Shown here one piece after another: positions 19,849-30,300 of a stretch of DNA of 64,000 nucleotides (position 1 is its first letter; each line of letters starts with the position of its first letter). The notes below the pieces were generated by a model, which was not told the origin of the DNA, searched no databases, and saw nothing but the letters and a program-made list of their open reading frames with translations. The translations under genes were made by a program, and so were the position numbers. The stretch comes from an uncultured Verrucomicrobiae bacterium (GTDB lineage: Bacteria > Verrucomicrobiota > Verrucomicrobiia > Chthoniobacterales > UBA10450): contig CAVSDR010000002.1 in NCBI GenBank assembly GCA_963726745.1, positions 160,001 to 224,000 of the forward strand. The letters are read 5' to 3'.

Positions 19849-21291
19849 GCTACCTCGAGCTGCTGCGCTTGACCGCGCCCGAGGGCACGCTGCTGGTGAG
19901 CGCGCTGGCTATTTTGGCCGTTGGCCTAACGAGTCCAGGACGGAGCGGCTTGATCGCGCTGCTGGCAGCGGCGGGGGTTGCGCTGGCTCTTGGGGCCGTT
20001 TGGACGCTGCCCGCGCAGGCGACGCTCCTCGGCGGGATGCTGGTCGTTTCGCCGCTCAGCTCACTCCTGAAGATGGTCTGCCTGGTGCTCGCGCTGGGCG
20101 CGATTTTGCTGGGTGCGCCGGGGCGGCAGCACGCGGAATTCGTAGGGCTGACTTTGCTCGCGACGATCGGCCTGCTCCTGCTCGTGGGGAGCGAAGAACT
20201 GCTGATGATCTTCATCGGGCTCGAGCTCACCGGGCTCTCGCTTTATGTCCTCACCGCGTGGGACCGCGAGCGCGCGGCCTCGGCGGAGGCGGGGCTGAAG
20301 TATTTCCTTTTTGGGAGCACTGCCAGCGCTTTCACGCTCTTCGGCTTGAGCCTGGTCTATGGAATGTGCGGGAGCACCAGCCTCGCCGGGATCTCCTCGA
20401 GCCTGGCGGCGCAAACCCTTTCGCCGCTCCTGGCCGCGGGCCTGGTCATGACCACGGTCGGTTTTGCCTTCAAGATCGCGGCTGCGCCCTTCCATCTCTG
20501 GGCGCCGGACGCGTATGAAGCAGCGCCCGTCGCAGGCGCCGCTTTCATCGCCTCGGCCTCGAAGGTCGCGGCTTTCGCGGTTCTGGGAAAGCTGCTCCTG
20601 GCCGGCTTCGCCCCAATGCGCGGAAGCGCGGATTGGCAGGCGTTTGCCGCCGGATGGGCGCCGCTGCTCGCAGTGCTGGCGGCGTTCTCGATCCTGCTCG
20701 GGAGCCTGGTGGCGCTGGCGCAAAAAAATCTCCGCCGCCTGTTGGCTTACTCGGCGGTGGCGCATGCGGGCTACACTTTGATCGGACTGGTGGCGGGTGG
20801 CCGCGAGGGCTTTCGCGGCCACGCTTTTCTACACCACGAGCTACGCGCTTACCTTGCTGGGAGCGTTTGGCGTGGTGGGGATCGTGCAGCGCGCGACCGG
20901 CGGCGACGACTTCGCGCAATTCGCCGGCTTGCGCACGCGCTCCCCGCTGCTCGCGGGCTGCCTCGCGATCTCGTTGCTCTCGTTAGCCGGGCTCCCGCCA
21001 CTGGCCGGTTTTTTCGGGAAGTTTTATCTTTTCGCGGCCGCACTGCGCGCCGGGGAAAATCACGGCCTGCTCTGGCTGGTGGCGGTAGCGCTGCTGGGAA
21101 GCCTGGTCTCGCTCTATTATTACCTGATGGTCTTGAAGGCCATCCTGGTCGACCCCGCGCCGCCGGAGGCGCCACTCGTTCGGGCGAATCCCGCGCAAGC
21201 CATCTTGCTGGCTATCCTGGCGGGCTTGACGGTGTTCCTGGGCGTCTTCCCGGGGCCGTGGCTGCGCGCGCTTTTACAGGCGCTGCCGTAG
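19845..21291 (+). CDS. nuoN: NADH-quinone oxidoreductase subunit N (frameshift near 20810)
   Basis: EAGLKYF, FKIAAAPFHLWAPDAYE, LLAYSAVAHAGY; continues in ORF 20797..21291 with SLAGLPPLAGFFGKF. Confidence 0.92.
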
Positions 21292-21316
21292 CGGTTCCGT
21301 GTATGGTGCAGCTCCG

Positions 21317-23098
21317 ATGAATGCGCCGGATTCCCTCACTGCAAACGGCTCGCCGCGGCGCTTTTGCCTGCTGCTGGTGAAGCCGGCGCATTACGACGAC
21401 GACGGCTACGTGATCCAGTGGCTGCGTTCCGCGATCCCTTCGAACTCGCTCGCGGCGCTCTACGGCCTGGCGCGCGATTGCGCCGAACGCAAAACCCTCG
21501 GGCCGGATGTGACCCTCGAGATTCACGCCTTTGACGAGACGAACACGCGCATCCGCCCGGAGCGTCTCGCGCGCATGATTGAGGAGGCGGGCGCCGGGAT
21601 GGTGATGCTCGTCGGCGTGCAGTCGAATCAATTTCCGCGCGCGCTCGACCTGGCCAAGCCGCTCCTCGAGCGCGGCGTGCAGGTGGGCATCGGCGGGTTC
21701 CATGTCTCCGGCGTGCTCAGCATGCTCGACGGGAACGATCCCGATCTCCATCGCGCCAAGGCCATGGGCGTATCGCTCTTTGCCGGCGAAGCCGAAGGCC
21801 GCCTCGAGCAGGTGCTGAGCGACGCCTACGCGCGGAAGCTGAAGCCGCTGTATAATTTCATGGCCGACCTTCCGGGAATCGAAGGCGCGCCGATTCCGCT
21901 GATCAGCGCCACGCGCGCGGCCCGCACGCTCGGGCGCGTGACCAGCTTCGACGCCGGGCGCGGTTGCCCGTTCCAGTGCTCCTTTTGCACGATCATCAAT
22001 GTGCAGGGCCGGAAATCGCGACGCCGTTCGCCGGACGACATCGAGCAGATCATCCGGGAAAATTTTGCGCAGGGACTGCGCAGTTTTTTCATCACCGACG
22101 ACAACTTCGCGCGTAATCAAGACTGGGAAAAAATCCTCGATCGACTGATCCAGATGCGGAAGGGCGAGCGGATGAATTTCTCCTTCATCATCCAGGTCGA
22201 CACGCTTTGTCACAAGATCCCAAAGTTCATCAAGAAGTGTAAAAGCGCAGGCGTGAAGCGGGTCTTCATCGGGCTGGAAAACATCAACCCCGAGAGCCTT
22301 GCGGGCGCGAAGAAGCGGCAGAATAAAATCACCGAATACCGCAAGATGCTGCAGGCCTGGAAAGAGGCGCGCATCATCACCTACGCGGGATACATCACCG
22401 GCTTCCCGAACGACACCGTGGAGTCGATCCGGCACGATATCGAGATCATCAAGAAGGAGCTGCCGGTCGATTTGCTGGAGTTCTTCTTCCTCACGCCGCT
22501 GCCGGGCTCGGCCGATCACCAAGGGCTGCACCGCGCCGGCTCGCCGATGGATGCGGACCTGAACCGCTACGACTTGAATCACGCCTGTGCGCCGCACCCG
22601 AAGATGTCGCGCGCCGAATGGGAGCAGGCTTACCACCTCGCGTGGGACACGTATTACACGTGGGACCATGTGGAGACGATCCTGCGCCGCTCGGCCGCGA
22701 AGCAGACGAACATCAGCAACCTGATCGCGCTGATCGCGTGGTTCAAAGGCTCGCTCAAGATCGAGAAGATCCATCCGCTCGAGAGCGGCGTTTTCCGGAT
22801 GAAATTCCGGCGCGACCGGCGGCCGGGTTTTCCGATTCTCCCGCGCTGGAAGTTTTACCCGGCTTACCTCGCGGAAACAGCCAGCAAGCTCACGCAATGG
22901 GGCCTGCTGCTCCTGCGCCTGCGCCGCATCCAGCTGCGGGTGAAGAATGATCCGCGGAAGCTCGAGTATATGGACCTGGCGCTGACCCCGGTGAACGAGC
23001 ACGACACCGAGGAGCTGGAGATGTTTCACAATCCCGCGGCGGAAGCGTTCGTCGCGCGGGAGCAGCGGCGGCAGGCGCCGGCCGCGGTCGGCGTCTAG
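21317..23098 (+). CDS. Radical SAM protein, probably of the B12-binding class
   Basis: GRGCPFQCSFC CxxxCxxC, FITDDNF, FIGLE; N-terminal Rossmann-like domain with IGGFHVS. Confidence 0.85.
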   Translation: MNAPDSLTANGSPRRFCLLLVKPAHYDDDGYVIQWLRSAIPSNSLAALYGLARDCAERKTLGPDVTLEIHAFDETNTRIRPERLARMIEEAGAGMVMLVGVQSNQFPRALDLAKPLLERGVQVGIGGFHVSGVLSMLDGNDPDLHRAKAMGVSLFAGEAEGRLEQVLSDAYARKLKPLYNFMADLPGIEGAPIPLISATRAARTLGRVTSFDAGRGCPFQCSFCTIINVQGRKSRRRSPDDIEQIIRENFAQGLRSFFITDDNFARNQDWEKILDRLIQMRKGERMNFSFIIQVDTLCHKIPKFIKKCKSAGVKRVFIGLENINPESLAGAKKRQNKITEYRKMLQAWKEARIITYAGYITGFPNDTVESIRHDIEIIKKELPVDLLEFFFLTPLPGSADHQGLHRAGSPMDADLNRYDLNHACAPHPKMSRAEWEQAYHLAWDTYYTWDHVETILRRSAAKQTNISNLIALIAWFKGSLKIEKIHPLESGVFRMKFRRDRRPGFPILPRWKFYPAYLAETASKLTQWGLLLLRLRRIQLRVKNDPRKLEYMDLALTPVNEHDTEELEMFHNPAAEAFVAREQRRQAPAAVGV

Positions 23099-23152
23099 GC
23101 TCGACCACTCGGCATCGAGGGCGGTAATCTCCTGTTCGGGGAGGCGACCGCA

Positions 23153-24226
23153 ATGAACCCAGCAGACCTGACGATTAATGAAGAAAAGCTGAACGCTTTC
23201 ATGGGCCGCGCGCTCAACGACATGGGCGGCGCAATCAACACCAGCCTGATCCTGATCGGTGACCGGCTGGGCCTTTACAAAGCGATGGCGGGCGCCGGCC
23301 CGCTGACCGCCGCAGAAGTTGCCGGCAAAACCGGCACGAATGAGCGCTACGTGCGCGAATGGCTCTCCGCGCAGGCGGCCGGCGGTTATGTGGAATACGA
23401 CGCGGCGGCGGAGAAATTTACCCTTCCGGATGAACAGGCGATGGCCCTCGCAGTCGACAACAGCCCGGCGTTTATTCCGGGCGCTTATCAAATCGTCGCC
23501 TCGACGGTGATCGACGAGCCGAAGCTGCGCGCGGCTTTCCAAAGCGGCGAGGGCGTTGGCTGGCATGAGCACAACTGCAATCTCTTCGAGGGAACGGAGC
23601 GCTTTTTCCGGCCGGGCTACTCCGCGCGTTTAGTAAGCGAGTGGCTCCCGGCGCTCGAGGGCGTGCAGGCGAAACTCGAGCGCGGCGCGCGCGTGGCCGA
23701 TGTCGGCTGCGGCTACGGCGTGTCGACTATTTTGATGGCGCAGGCTTACCCAAACTCGAAGTTTTTCGGCTTCGATTATCATGAGCCGTCGATTGCATGG
23801 GCGCGCCGCTCGGCGGAAAAAGCCGGTGTGAGCGATCGGGTGACCTTCGAGGTCGCAGCGTCGAAAACTTTTCCCGGCCAAGGCTACGACCTGGTCGCTT
23901 TCTTCGATTGCCTGCACGACATGGGCGATCCGGTAGGCGCGGCCGCGCACGTGCGGCAAACGCTCAAGCCGGACGGCACCTGGATGATCGTGGAACCGTT
24001 TGCGAACGATCGGCTGGAAGACAATCTCAACCCGGTCGGCCGCGTCTTTTACTCGGCCTCGACCTTGATCTGCACGCCGGCCTCGCGGGCGCAGGAAGTC
24101 GGGCTGGCGCTGGGCGCGCAGGCGGGCGAGAAACGGCTGCGCGCAGTCGTGACCGAAGGCGGCTTCACCCGCTTCCGCCGCGCCGCAGAAACGCCGTTCA
24201 ACCTTATTTTGGAAGCTCGACCATGA
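23153..24226 (+). CDS. Class I SAM-dependent methyltransferase with N-terminal winged-helix domain
   Basis: ERYVREWL, VADVGCGYG, FDCLHDMGDP. Confidence 0.9.
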   Translation: MNPADLTINEEKLNAFMGRALNDMGGAINTSLILIGDRLGLYKAMAGAGPLTAAEVAGKTGTNERYVREWLSAQAAGGYVEYDAAAEKFTLPDEQAMALAVDNSPAFIPGAYQIVASTVIDEPKLRAAFQSGEGVGWHEHNCNLFEGTERFFRPGYSARLVSEWLPALEGVQAKLERGARVADVGCGYGVSTILMAQAYPNSKFFGFDYHEPSIAWARRSAEKAGVSDRVTFEVAASKTFPGQGYDLVAFFDCLHDMGDPVGAAAHVRQTLKPDGTWMIVEPFANDRLEDNLNPVGRVFYSASTLICTPASRAQEVGLALGAQAGEKRLRAVVTEGGFTRFRRAAETPFNLILEARP

Positions 24227-25341
24227 ACCCACCCGATCACACCATCTCCCGGCGTGCCTTTGCCCGTTTGTTAGGCGCAGGCGCGGCCCTGGCCGTCACT
24301 GGCCCGAAATTTTCTTTGGCGCGGGAGGCAACGCCGGCCGCGGCTAGTGGCGTGGTGCGCCTTAGCTCGAACGAGAATCCGTATGGTCCGTCGCCGCGGG
24401 CGCTCGAGGCGATGCGCGAGGCCTTTGCCATCGCCAACCGTTATCCCTTCGCGGATGAAGAGAAATTAGCCGACGCCTTGGCAAAACTTTACGCCGTGGA
24501 GCGCGCGCAGGTGTTGCTGGGCGATGGCTCGGGCGAGATTTTGAAGCTGGCGGCGGTCGCCTTTACCGGACCGAATGATCGCCCGTTAGTCGCCGCTGAT
24601 CCGACTTTCGAGGCGATCCTGAAACATGCCGCCGTGAGCGGCGCGGAGGTGGTAAAGATTCCCCTAACGAGCGGTTACGCGCACGACCTGGAGAAAATGT
24701 CCTCCGCGGCGAAGAGCGGCCTGGTTTATCTCTGTAATCCAAACAATCCGACTGCGAGCATTACGCCGAAGGCGGCCGTGCGGCAGTTCCTCGCCAAGTT
24801 GCCGGCAACTACCACCGTGCTGGTGGACGAAGCCTACGCGCACTACGCGGAAAGCCCGGAGTTCGAGAGCGTCGTGCCGCTGATTGCGGATCATCCCAAC
24901 CTGATCGTCACGCGGACATTTTCGAAAATCTATGGAATGGCGGGATTGCGTTGCGGTTTTGCCCTGGGGCAGAAGGAGATGATCGGAAAAATGGCGCGGC
25001 ACCAGCCCTCAAACAGCGTCAACTGCATGGCCCTGGCGGCGGCGGTCGCAAGCCTGGCGGATGGCGCGCAGGTGACCGAGGGAAAGCGCCGCAACACGGA
25101 AGTGCGGCGGTTCGTGAGCGCTGAGCTGGCGGGTCTGGGCTACGAGCTGATTCCATCGGAAGCGAACTTCATCATGTTCGACCTCAAGCGGCCGGTGGTG
25201 CCGGTGATCGCGGCGTTAAAAGAACGCAAGGTCCAGGTAGGCCGCCTTTTCCCGACGCTGCCCAATCACCTGCGCTTGACCATTGGCACGCGTCCGGAGA
25301 TGGAGGCTTTCCTGGCCGCCTTCCGCGTGGTGATGGCTTGA
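24223..25341 (+). CDS. HisC-like PLP aminotransferase with a Tat signal peptide
   Basis: SRRAFARLLG twin-arginine leader; RLSSNENPYG, CNPNNPT, VDEAY, RTFSKIYGMAGLRCG. Confidence 0.88.
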   Translation: MNPPDHTISRRAFARLLGAGAALAVTGPKFSLAREATPAAASGVVRLSSNENPYGPSPRALEAMREAFAIANRYPFADEEKLADALAKLYAVERAQVLLGDGSGEILKLAAVAFTGPNDRPLVAADPTFEAILKHAAVSGAEVVKIPLTSGYAHDLEKMSSAAKSGLVYLCNPNNPTASITPKAAVRQFLAKLPATTTVLVDEAYAHYAESPEFESVVPLIADHPNLIVTRTFSKIYGMAGLRCGFALGQKEMIGKMARHQPSNSVNCMALAAAVASLADGAQVTEGKRRNTEVRRFVSAELAGLGYELIPSEANFIMFDLKRPVVPVIAALKERKVQVGRLFPTLPNHLRLTIGTRPEMEAFLAAFRVVMA

Positions 25342-25373
25342 TCTTTGGCCGGCGGGGCCCAAGAATCGGCGGC

Positions 25374-26051
25374 ATGAAAACCCCCGCGACACATCTTGTC
25401 TGCGCGGCCTTGTGCGCCGCCTGGTTGACCGCTCCTGCCTCTGCGCAGGAGAAAACGAAATCTCCCGCAGTGGCGGCTTCGCCGGCGGCCGCCGCCTCGG
25501 CGACGGGTGCGCCCGACGATGCCGAGATGATGAAGCAAATGATGGAGCTCTCGAAATTAAACGAGAACCACAAACTGCTCGCGCAAATGGCCGGCGACTG
25601 GACCTACACGATGAAGATGTGGATGGCGCCGGATGCTCCGCCGACGGAATCGAAAGGCACTGCGACGCGCAAGGCGATCATGGACGGCCGCTACTTTACG
25701 GCCCACTTCGACGGCAAAGCGATGATGCCGGGGGCCGATGGAAAACCACAGGAGTGGGACTTTCACGGCATGGCGATCGAAGGCTACGACAATGTGCACC
25801 AGAAATTCGTCTCCACCTGGATCGACAACATGTCGACTGGCATTTTCATGTCGCAAGGGACTTACGATCCGGCGACCAAAACTTTCACCTACCAGTCGGA
25901 GATGGAAATGCTTCCAGGGATGAAGACCAAAGTGCGCGAGACCGTGAAGCTGGTCGATGCCGACCACCACACCTTTGAGTTCTTCGAGGATCGCGAGGGG
26001 AATGGGAAGGAAATGAAGACGATGGAGATGAACTACACGCGCAAGAAGTAG
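25374..26051 (+). CDS. Exported DUF1579-like protein
   Basis: Signal peptide; HKLLAQMAGDW, GYDNVHQKFVSTWIDNMSTG. Confidence 0.75.
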   Translation: MKTPATHLVCAALCAAWLTAPASAQEKTKSPAVAASPAAAASATGAPDDAEMMKQMMELSKLNENHKLLAQMAGDWTYTMKMWMAPDAPPTESKGTATRKAIMDGRYFTAHFDGKAMMPGADGKPQEWDFHGMAIEGYDNVHQKFVSTWIDNMSTGIFMSQGTYDPATKTFTYQSEMEMLPGMKTKVRETVKLVDADHHTFEFFEDREGNGKEMKTMEMNYTRKK

Positions 26052-26134
26052 CGGCGACCGGGAAAGCTTGGAGCGAATTGAAGCGAGCGCGAAGAAGTCG
26101 CGAGCTTTTTCGCAAATCTCTGTTACAGTGCGCG

Positions 26135-26500
26135 ATGCCCAAACCTACTGGCGCGTCGTTCACGCGTCGCGCTCCCGACAATATCACTGAAGAGTTGGTC
26201 GCCGTTCTTTCCTCGAAATCCTCTTTCGAATTCAAGGCGCTTTTCGAAATCATTTTTTCCAATCTGCGGGAGCGGAATGCAGCCAGTGGGGGCGAGGAAA
26301 TGCTGCGCCTGCGCGCCTATGAGAAACTGCAAAGTCTCGTTAGCCAGGGAGCGGTCAACCGCACGGTCAACGGCGCGGTGAAGAAATACAAAGGCGTGAG
26401 TGCCCGTCTTTCCGTCCTCGCGGCCGAGCAGAAAGTGCTGCGTGCGGAGTGGGATCAGCGCGCGCTGGCCAAGGCTTCGGCCGCAGCCGCGGCCAAGTAA
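26135..26500 (+). CDS. Hypothetical protein (possible winged-helix)
   Basis: Compact ORF between same-strand genes; EEMLRLRAYEKLQSLVSQGAV. Confidence 0.6.
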   Translation: MPKPTGASFTRRAPDNITEELVAVLSSKSSFEFKALFEIIFSNLRERNAASGGEEMLRLRAYEKLQSLVSQGAVNRTVNGAVKKYKGVSARLSVLAAEQKVLRAEWDQRALAKASAAAAAK

Positions 26501-26518
26501 CGCCCGCAGTCAGGAGCG

Positions 26519-27718
26519 GTGAAAACGCTCTTCCTCACGAACGAGTATCCGCCAAACGTCTACGGCGGGGCTGGCGTCCACGTCGACTATTTGTCGCGCG
26601 AACTCGCGCAGCTGATGTCGGTGGAAGTGCGCGCATTTGGGACGCAGGATGCGCAGAGGGGGAACCTGCGTGTGCGCGGCTTTTCGGTCGATCCGGCGCG
26701 GTATCGCTGCCCTGAGCAACTGCGTTCGGTCTTTGGCGCCATCGAGCGGTGCACGGACTTCAATGCCGCCGGGATCGATGCCGATGTGGTGCATTGCCAC
26801 ACTTGGTACAGCCATTTTGGCGGCATCCTGGCGAAGCTGAATTATGGACTTCCGCTCGTCATCACGGTGCATTCGCTCGAGCCGCTGCGGCCATGGAAGC
26901 GCGAGCAACTTGGCGGCGGTTACGATTTTTCCGTGTGGCTGGAAAAGACCGCGCTCGAGATGGCCGATGCGGTCATCGCGGTCTCCGGCGAGACGAAGCG
27001 TGACCTCGAACGCTTGTTCTCCATCCGCCCGGAGCGTCTCCATGTGATCCATAACGGGATCGACCTGGACGAGTATCGTCCCGTGAAAACAACCGACGCG
27101 CTCACGCGTTACGGGATTGATCCGGCGCGGCCGTTCGTGCTCTTTGTCGGCCGGATTACCCGGCAAAAAGGAATTGTCCACCTGGTGCGCGCGATTGCCT
27201 CGATGGATCCCGGCTTCCAGGTGGTGCTCTGCGCCGGCGCGCCGGACACGCCGGCGATTGCCGCCGAGATGGACGCAGCAGTGGCGGAGGCGAGCGCGAA
27301 AAGAGACGGCGTCATCTGGATTCGCGAGATGGTCGACAAGCCGACCGTGATCGAGCTTTACTCGCAGGCGGCGGTCTTCTGCTGTCCCTCGGTCTACGAA
27401 CCGTTCGGCATCATCAATCTCGAGGCGATGGCCTGCGAGACCGCGGTGGTGGCAAGCGCGATCGGCGGCATTCCCGAAGTGGTGGTCGATGGCGAGACCG
27501 GCTTCCTGGTTCCGCTGGAACTAAAGGAGGGCACGTTCGAACCGCGCGACCCGGAGCGTTTCGCGCGCGACCTGGCGGCGCGAATCAACCAGTTGATGTC
27601 GAATCCGGCGCAGCGCGCAGAGTTCGGCCGGGCCGGCCGGAAACGGGCGGTGGAGCACTTCAGCTGGCGCGCGATCGCGGCCGAGACGGCCAAACTTTAC
27701 GCAACTTTAACTCGTTAG
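26519..27718 (+). CDS. glgA: GT4 glycogen synthase / maltose-1-phosphate synthase (GlgA/GlgM-type)
   Basis: EYPPNVYGGAGVHV, HCHTWY, HSLEPLRPWKREQLGGGY, YEPFGIINLEAMAC. Confidence 0.9.
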   Translation: MKTLFLTNEYPPNVYGGAGVHVDYLSRELAQLMSVEVRAFGTQDAQRGNLRVRGFSVDPARYRCPEQLRSVFGAIERCTDFNAAGIDADVVHCHTWYSHFGGILAKLNYGLPLVITVHSLEPLRPWKREQLGGGYDFSVWLEKTALEMADAVIAVSGETKRDLERLFSIRPERLHVIHNGIDLDEYRPVKTTDALTRYGIDPARPFVLFVGRITRQKGIVHLVRAIASMDPGFQVVLCAGAPDTPAIAAEMDAAVAEASAKRDGVIWIREMVDKPTVIELYSQAAVFCCPSVYEPFGIINLEAMACETAVVASAIGGIPEVVVDGETGFLVPLELKEGTFEPRDPERFARDLAARINQLMSNPAQRAEFGRAGRKRAVEHFSWRAIAAETAKLYATLTR

Positions 27719-27773
27719 GCGGCGACTTCGGCGCTGAAAAGTGTAGGGTGCTGACGCCGGAACGGCCCACCTC

Positions 27774-28877
27774 ATGTTTGTCGATCGAATCAAAGTTTTC
27801 GCCCAGGCGGGCAATGGCGGGCGCGGCTGCGTCAGTTTTCGGCGGGAGAAATTCGTTCCGCGCGGCGGTCCCGATGGCGGGGACGGGGGGCAGGGGGGCG
27901 ACATTATCCTGCAGGCCGACGTGCACACGGATAACCTGGCGAACCTTTTCTACGAGCCGATTATTAAGGCCAAGCCCGGCGGCCATGGCATGGGCAAGAA
28001 GATGCACGGCCGCGGCGCGCCCTCGAAGATCGTGAAAGTGCCGGTGGGCACCGTGGTTTACCGCGCGCCTGCGCCGCCAGCCCCGCTGGAAGAAGTGCGG
28101 GACGAGAACGTGACTTTCGTTCCGGAAGTGGAGGCACCTTTCGAGCCGGAGCAGCTCGCCGACCTGACCGATGATGGCCAGCAATTTGTCCTCTGCGCCG
28201 GCGGTCGTGGCGGCAAGGGGAACGTGCATTTCAAGAGTTCGCGTAACCGCGCACCGATCCAATACACCGAGGGCGAGGAAGGCGAGCAGGGGCATTTCCT
28301 GCTCGAACTGCGCACGATCGCGGATGCCGCACTGGTGGGTTATCCGAACGCCGGCAAATCGACACTGCTCGGCAAACTTTCCGCGGCTCATCCGAAGGTG
28401 GCCGCCTATCCTTTCACCACCTTGCGGCCGAGCGTGGGCGTGGTGGAACTCGACGACTATCGCCGCGCGACCGTGGCCGACATTCCCGGCTTGATCGAGG
28501 GCGCGCATCGCAACGTGGGCTTGGGGCACGATTTTCTGCGCCATATCACGCGCTGCCGTTACCTGCTTTTCGTCCTCGATATTGCGGGAAGCGAAGGGCG
28601 GCATCCGATCGAGGATCTGCAGAGCCTTCGCCGCGAGATCGATCTTTACGATGAGCGCCTCTCGCAGCGGCCGTGGGCGATCTTGGCGAACAAGATCGAC
28701 TTGCCCGGAAGCGAGGAAAATCTCGAGCAACTGCGGCAGCGTTTTCCGGCGGTGAAAGTGCTGTCTATTTCTGCACGTGAAGAGCGGGGCATCGCCGATT
28801 TAAAAGAACACCTGGCCCAGTGGCTGACGACCGCCGAAGCCTCGGAAGCGGCGACGGGTTTGGCCACCGCTGGGTAA
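27774..28877 (+). CDS. obgE: GTPase ObgE/CgtA
   Basis: FRREKFVPRGGPDGGDGG, GYPNAGKSTL, YPFTTL, DIPGLIEGA, NKID. Confidence 0.96.
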   Translation: MFVDRIKVFAQAGNGGRGCVSFRREKFVPRGGPDGGDGGQGGDIILQADVHTDNLANLFYEPIIKAKPGGHGMGKKMHGRGAPSKIVKVPVGTVVYRAPAPPAPLEEVRDENVTFVPEVEAPFEPEQLADLTDDGQQFVLCAGGRGGKGNVHFKSSRNRAPIQYTEGEEGEQGHFLLELRTIADAALVGYPNAGKSTLLGKLSAAHPKVAAYPFTTLRPSVGVVELDDYRRATVADIPGLIEGAHRNVGLGHDFLRHITRCRYLLFVLDIAGSEGRHPIEDLQSLRREIDLYDERLSQRPWAILANKIDLPGSEENLEQLRQRFPAVKVLSISAREERGIADLKEHLAQWLTTAEASEAATGLATAG

Positions 28878-28881
28878 ATCG

Positions 28882-30138
28882 ATGAGGGATTCGGGACACA
28901 ACGGCGATCATTCCGGCGAGCGGGTCGTGGCCAGCTACTGCACCACTTTCCTCAAGCGCGAGATGCTGCACATCTATCGCCAGGTCACGGCGCTGGAGAG
29001 CTACCGCACTTTTGTGATGACGAAGTCGCTCCAGAACACGGAGCTTTTCCCTTTTAGCGACATCGAGCTAATCCCGAAACCACGGCGCAACCCGGTCCGG
29101 CACGGCTGGCTCAAGTTCATCCGGCGGAAGCCGCCGATCGTCTACCGCGGTGAATACCAAATGCTCACCCGCCTGCTTGAACGCCGGGGAGCGGACTTGA
29201 TGCACATTTATTTCGGGCACACCGGGGTGCATCTCTTGCCGTTCATTGAGCGCTGGGACAAGCCTTGCGTGGTTTCCTTTCACGGCGCGGACGTCGCGCG
29301 CAAGGCGGACATCCGCGATTACGCGCTGAAATTAAAAACGCTCTGTCACGCGGTCCCGCTGGTGCTGGCGCGGTGCCAGTCGTTAGCCGACCGTTTGATC
29401 GAGCTCGGCTGCCCGCCGGAACGCCTGCGCATTAGCCGCACAGGCGTCCCGCTGGCGCAATTCCCGCATGTCCGCCGGGAGGCGCCGGCCGATGGGCGCT
29501 GGCGGCTTCTGCAAGCTTGCCGGCTAATTCCCAAGAAAGGCGTCGCGACCACGCTTTGCGCCTTTGCGATTTTCCAGAAAGAATTCCCGCAGGCGGAATT
29601 GATCATCGCCGGGAAAGGCCCGTTGCAGGCGCACCTCGAAGAGCTGGCCGAGGAACTCGGGATCGCAGCGAAGGTGCAATTTCCCGGGTTTTTGTCGCAG
29701 AGCGAATTGCGCGAGCTTTACGCGAGCGCACATCTGTTCATTCACCCGAGCGAAACCCCGCCCGATCAAAATCAGGAAGGCATTCCGAACTCCGTCCTCG
29801 AGGCGATGGCTACGGGGCTGCCGGTGCTGGGCACGCGGCATGGCGGCATCCCGGAGGCAGTCGAGCATGGGCGGGCCGGCTTTCTCGTGGAAGAGCGCGA
29901 TTTCGAGGCGCTGGCGCACGCGATGAAAGGGATTGCGCGCTCTGCCACTGGCTTCCGGGAGATGGGTTTGCTCGGGAGTGAATTCGTTCATGCGCACTTC
30001 GAGCAGCGCGCGCAGATCCGGCAACTCGAGAGCTACTATGATGAGGCGGTGACGCTCGCAGCGGAGGCGCGTGGCCATTCTGCCCGGTCCGCAACGGTCC
30101 CGCCGGCGGCGTTTCCGGCGCACGCCTCGGCAAAGTAA
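28882..30138 (+). CDS. GT4 glycosyltransferase (WcaL-like)
   Basis: FHGADV, EGIPNSVLEAMATGLPVLGTRHGGIPE. Confidence 0.88.
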   Translation: MRDSGHNGDHSGERVVASYCTTFLKREMLHIYRQVTALESYRTFVMTKSLQNTELFPFSDIELIPKPRRNPVRHGWLKFIRRKPPIVYRGEYQMLTRLLERRGADLMHIYFGHTGVHLLPFIERWDKPCVVSFHGADVARKADIRDYALKLKTLCHAVPLVLARCQSLADRLIELGCPPERLRISRTGVPLAQFPHVRREAPADGRWRLLQACRLIPKKGVATTLCAFAIFQKEFPQAELIIAGKGPLQAHLEELAEELGIAAKVQFPGFLSQSELRELYASAHLFIHPSETPPDQNQEGIPNSVLEAMATGLPVLGTRHGGIPEAVEHGRAGFLVEERDFEALAHAMKGIARSATGFREMGLLGSEFVHAHFEQRAQIRQLESYYDEAVTLAAEARGHSARSATVPPAAFPAHASAK

Positions 30139-30300
30139 GCCGCGGCTAACGACCAGTTCTGTTTGTCGCAAATAGTCTCTTGTCATTGCGGCAAAACACG
30201 CTTTGGTAACGCGCTTGCCGCCCCTGCGGGGTGCGCGATCTTCGCGATCGCTGCGCTTCGGGAATTGAATCGGGGCCGCGGCATTTTACGCCACCAACCG

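Noticed and set aside
21212..23572. 786-aa antisense ORF, and similar long shadow ORFs over atpA, gdhA, the M13 peptidase and the amidase
   Set aside because: They mirror well-supported genes on the other strand and are expected in GC-rich DNA with few stop codons; no motifs were seen.
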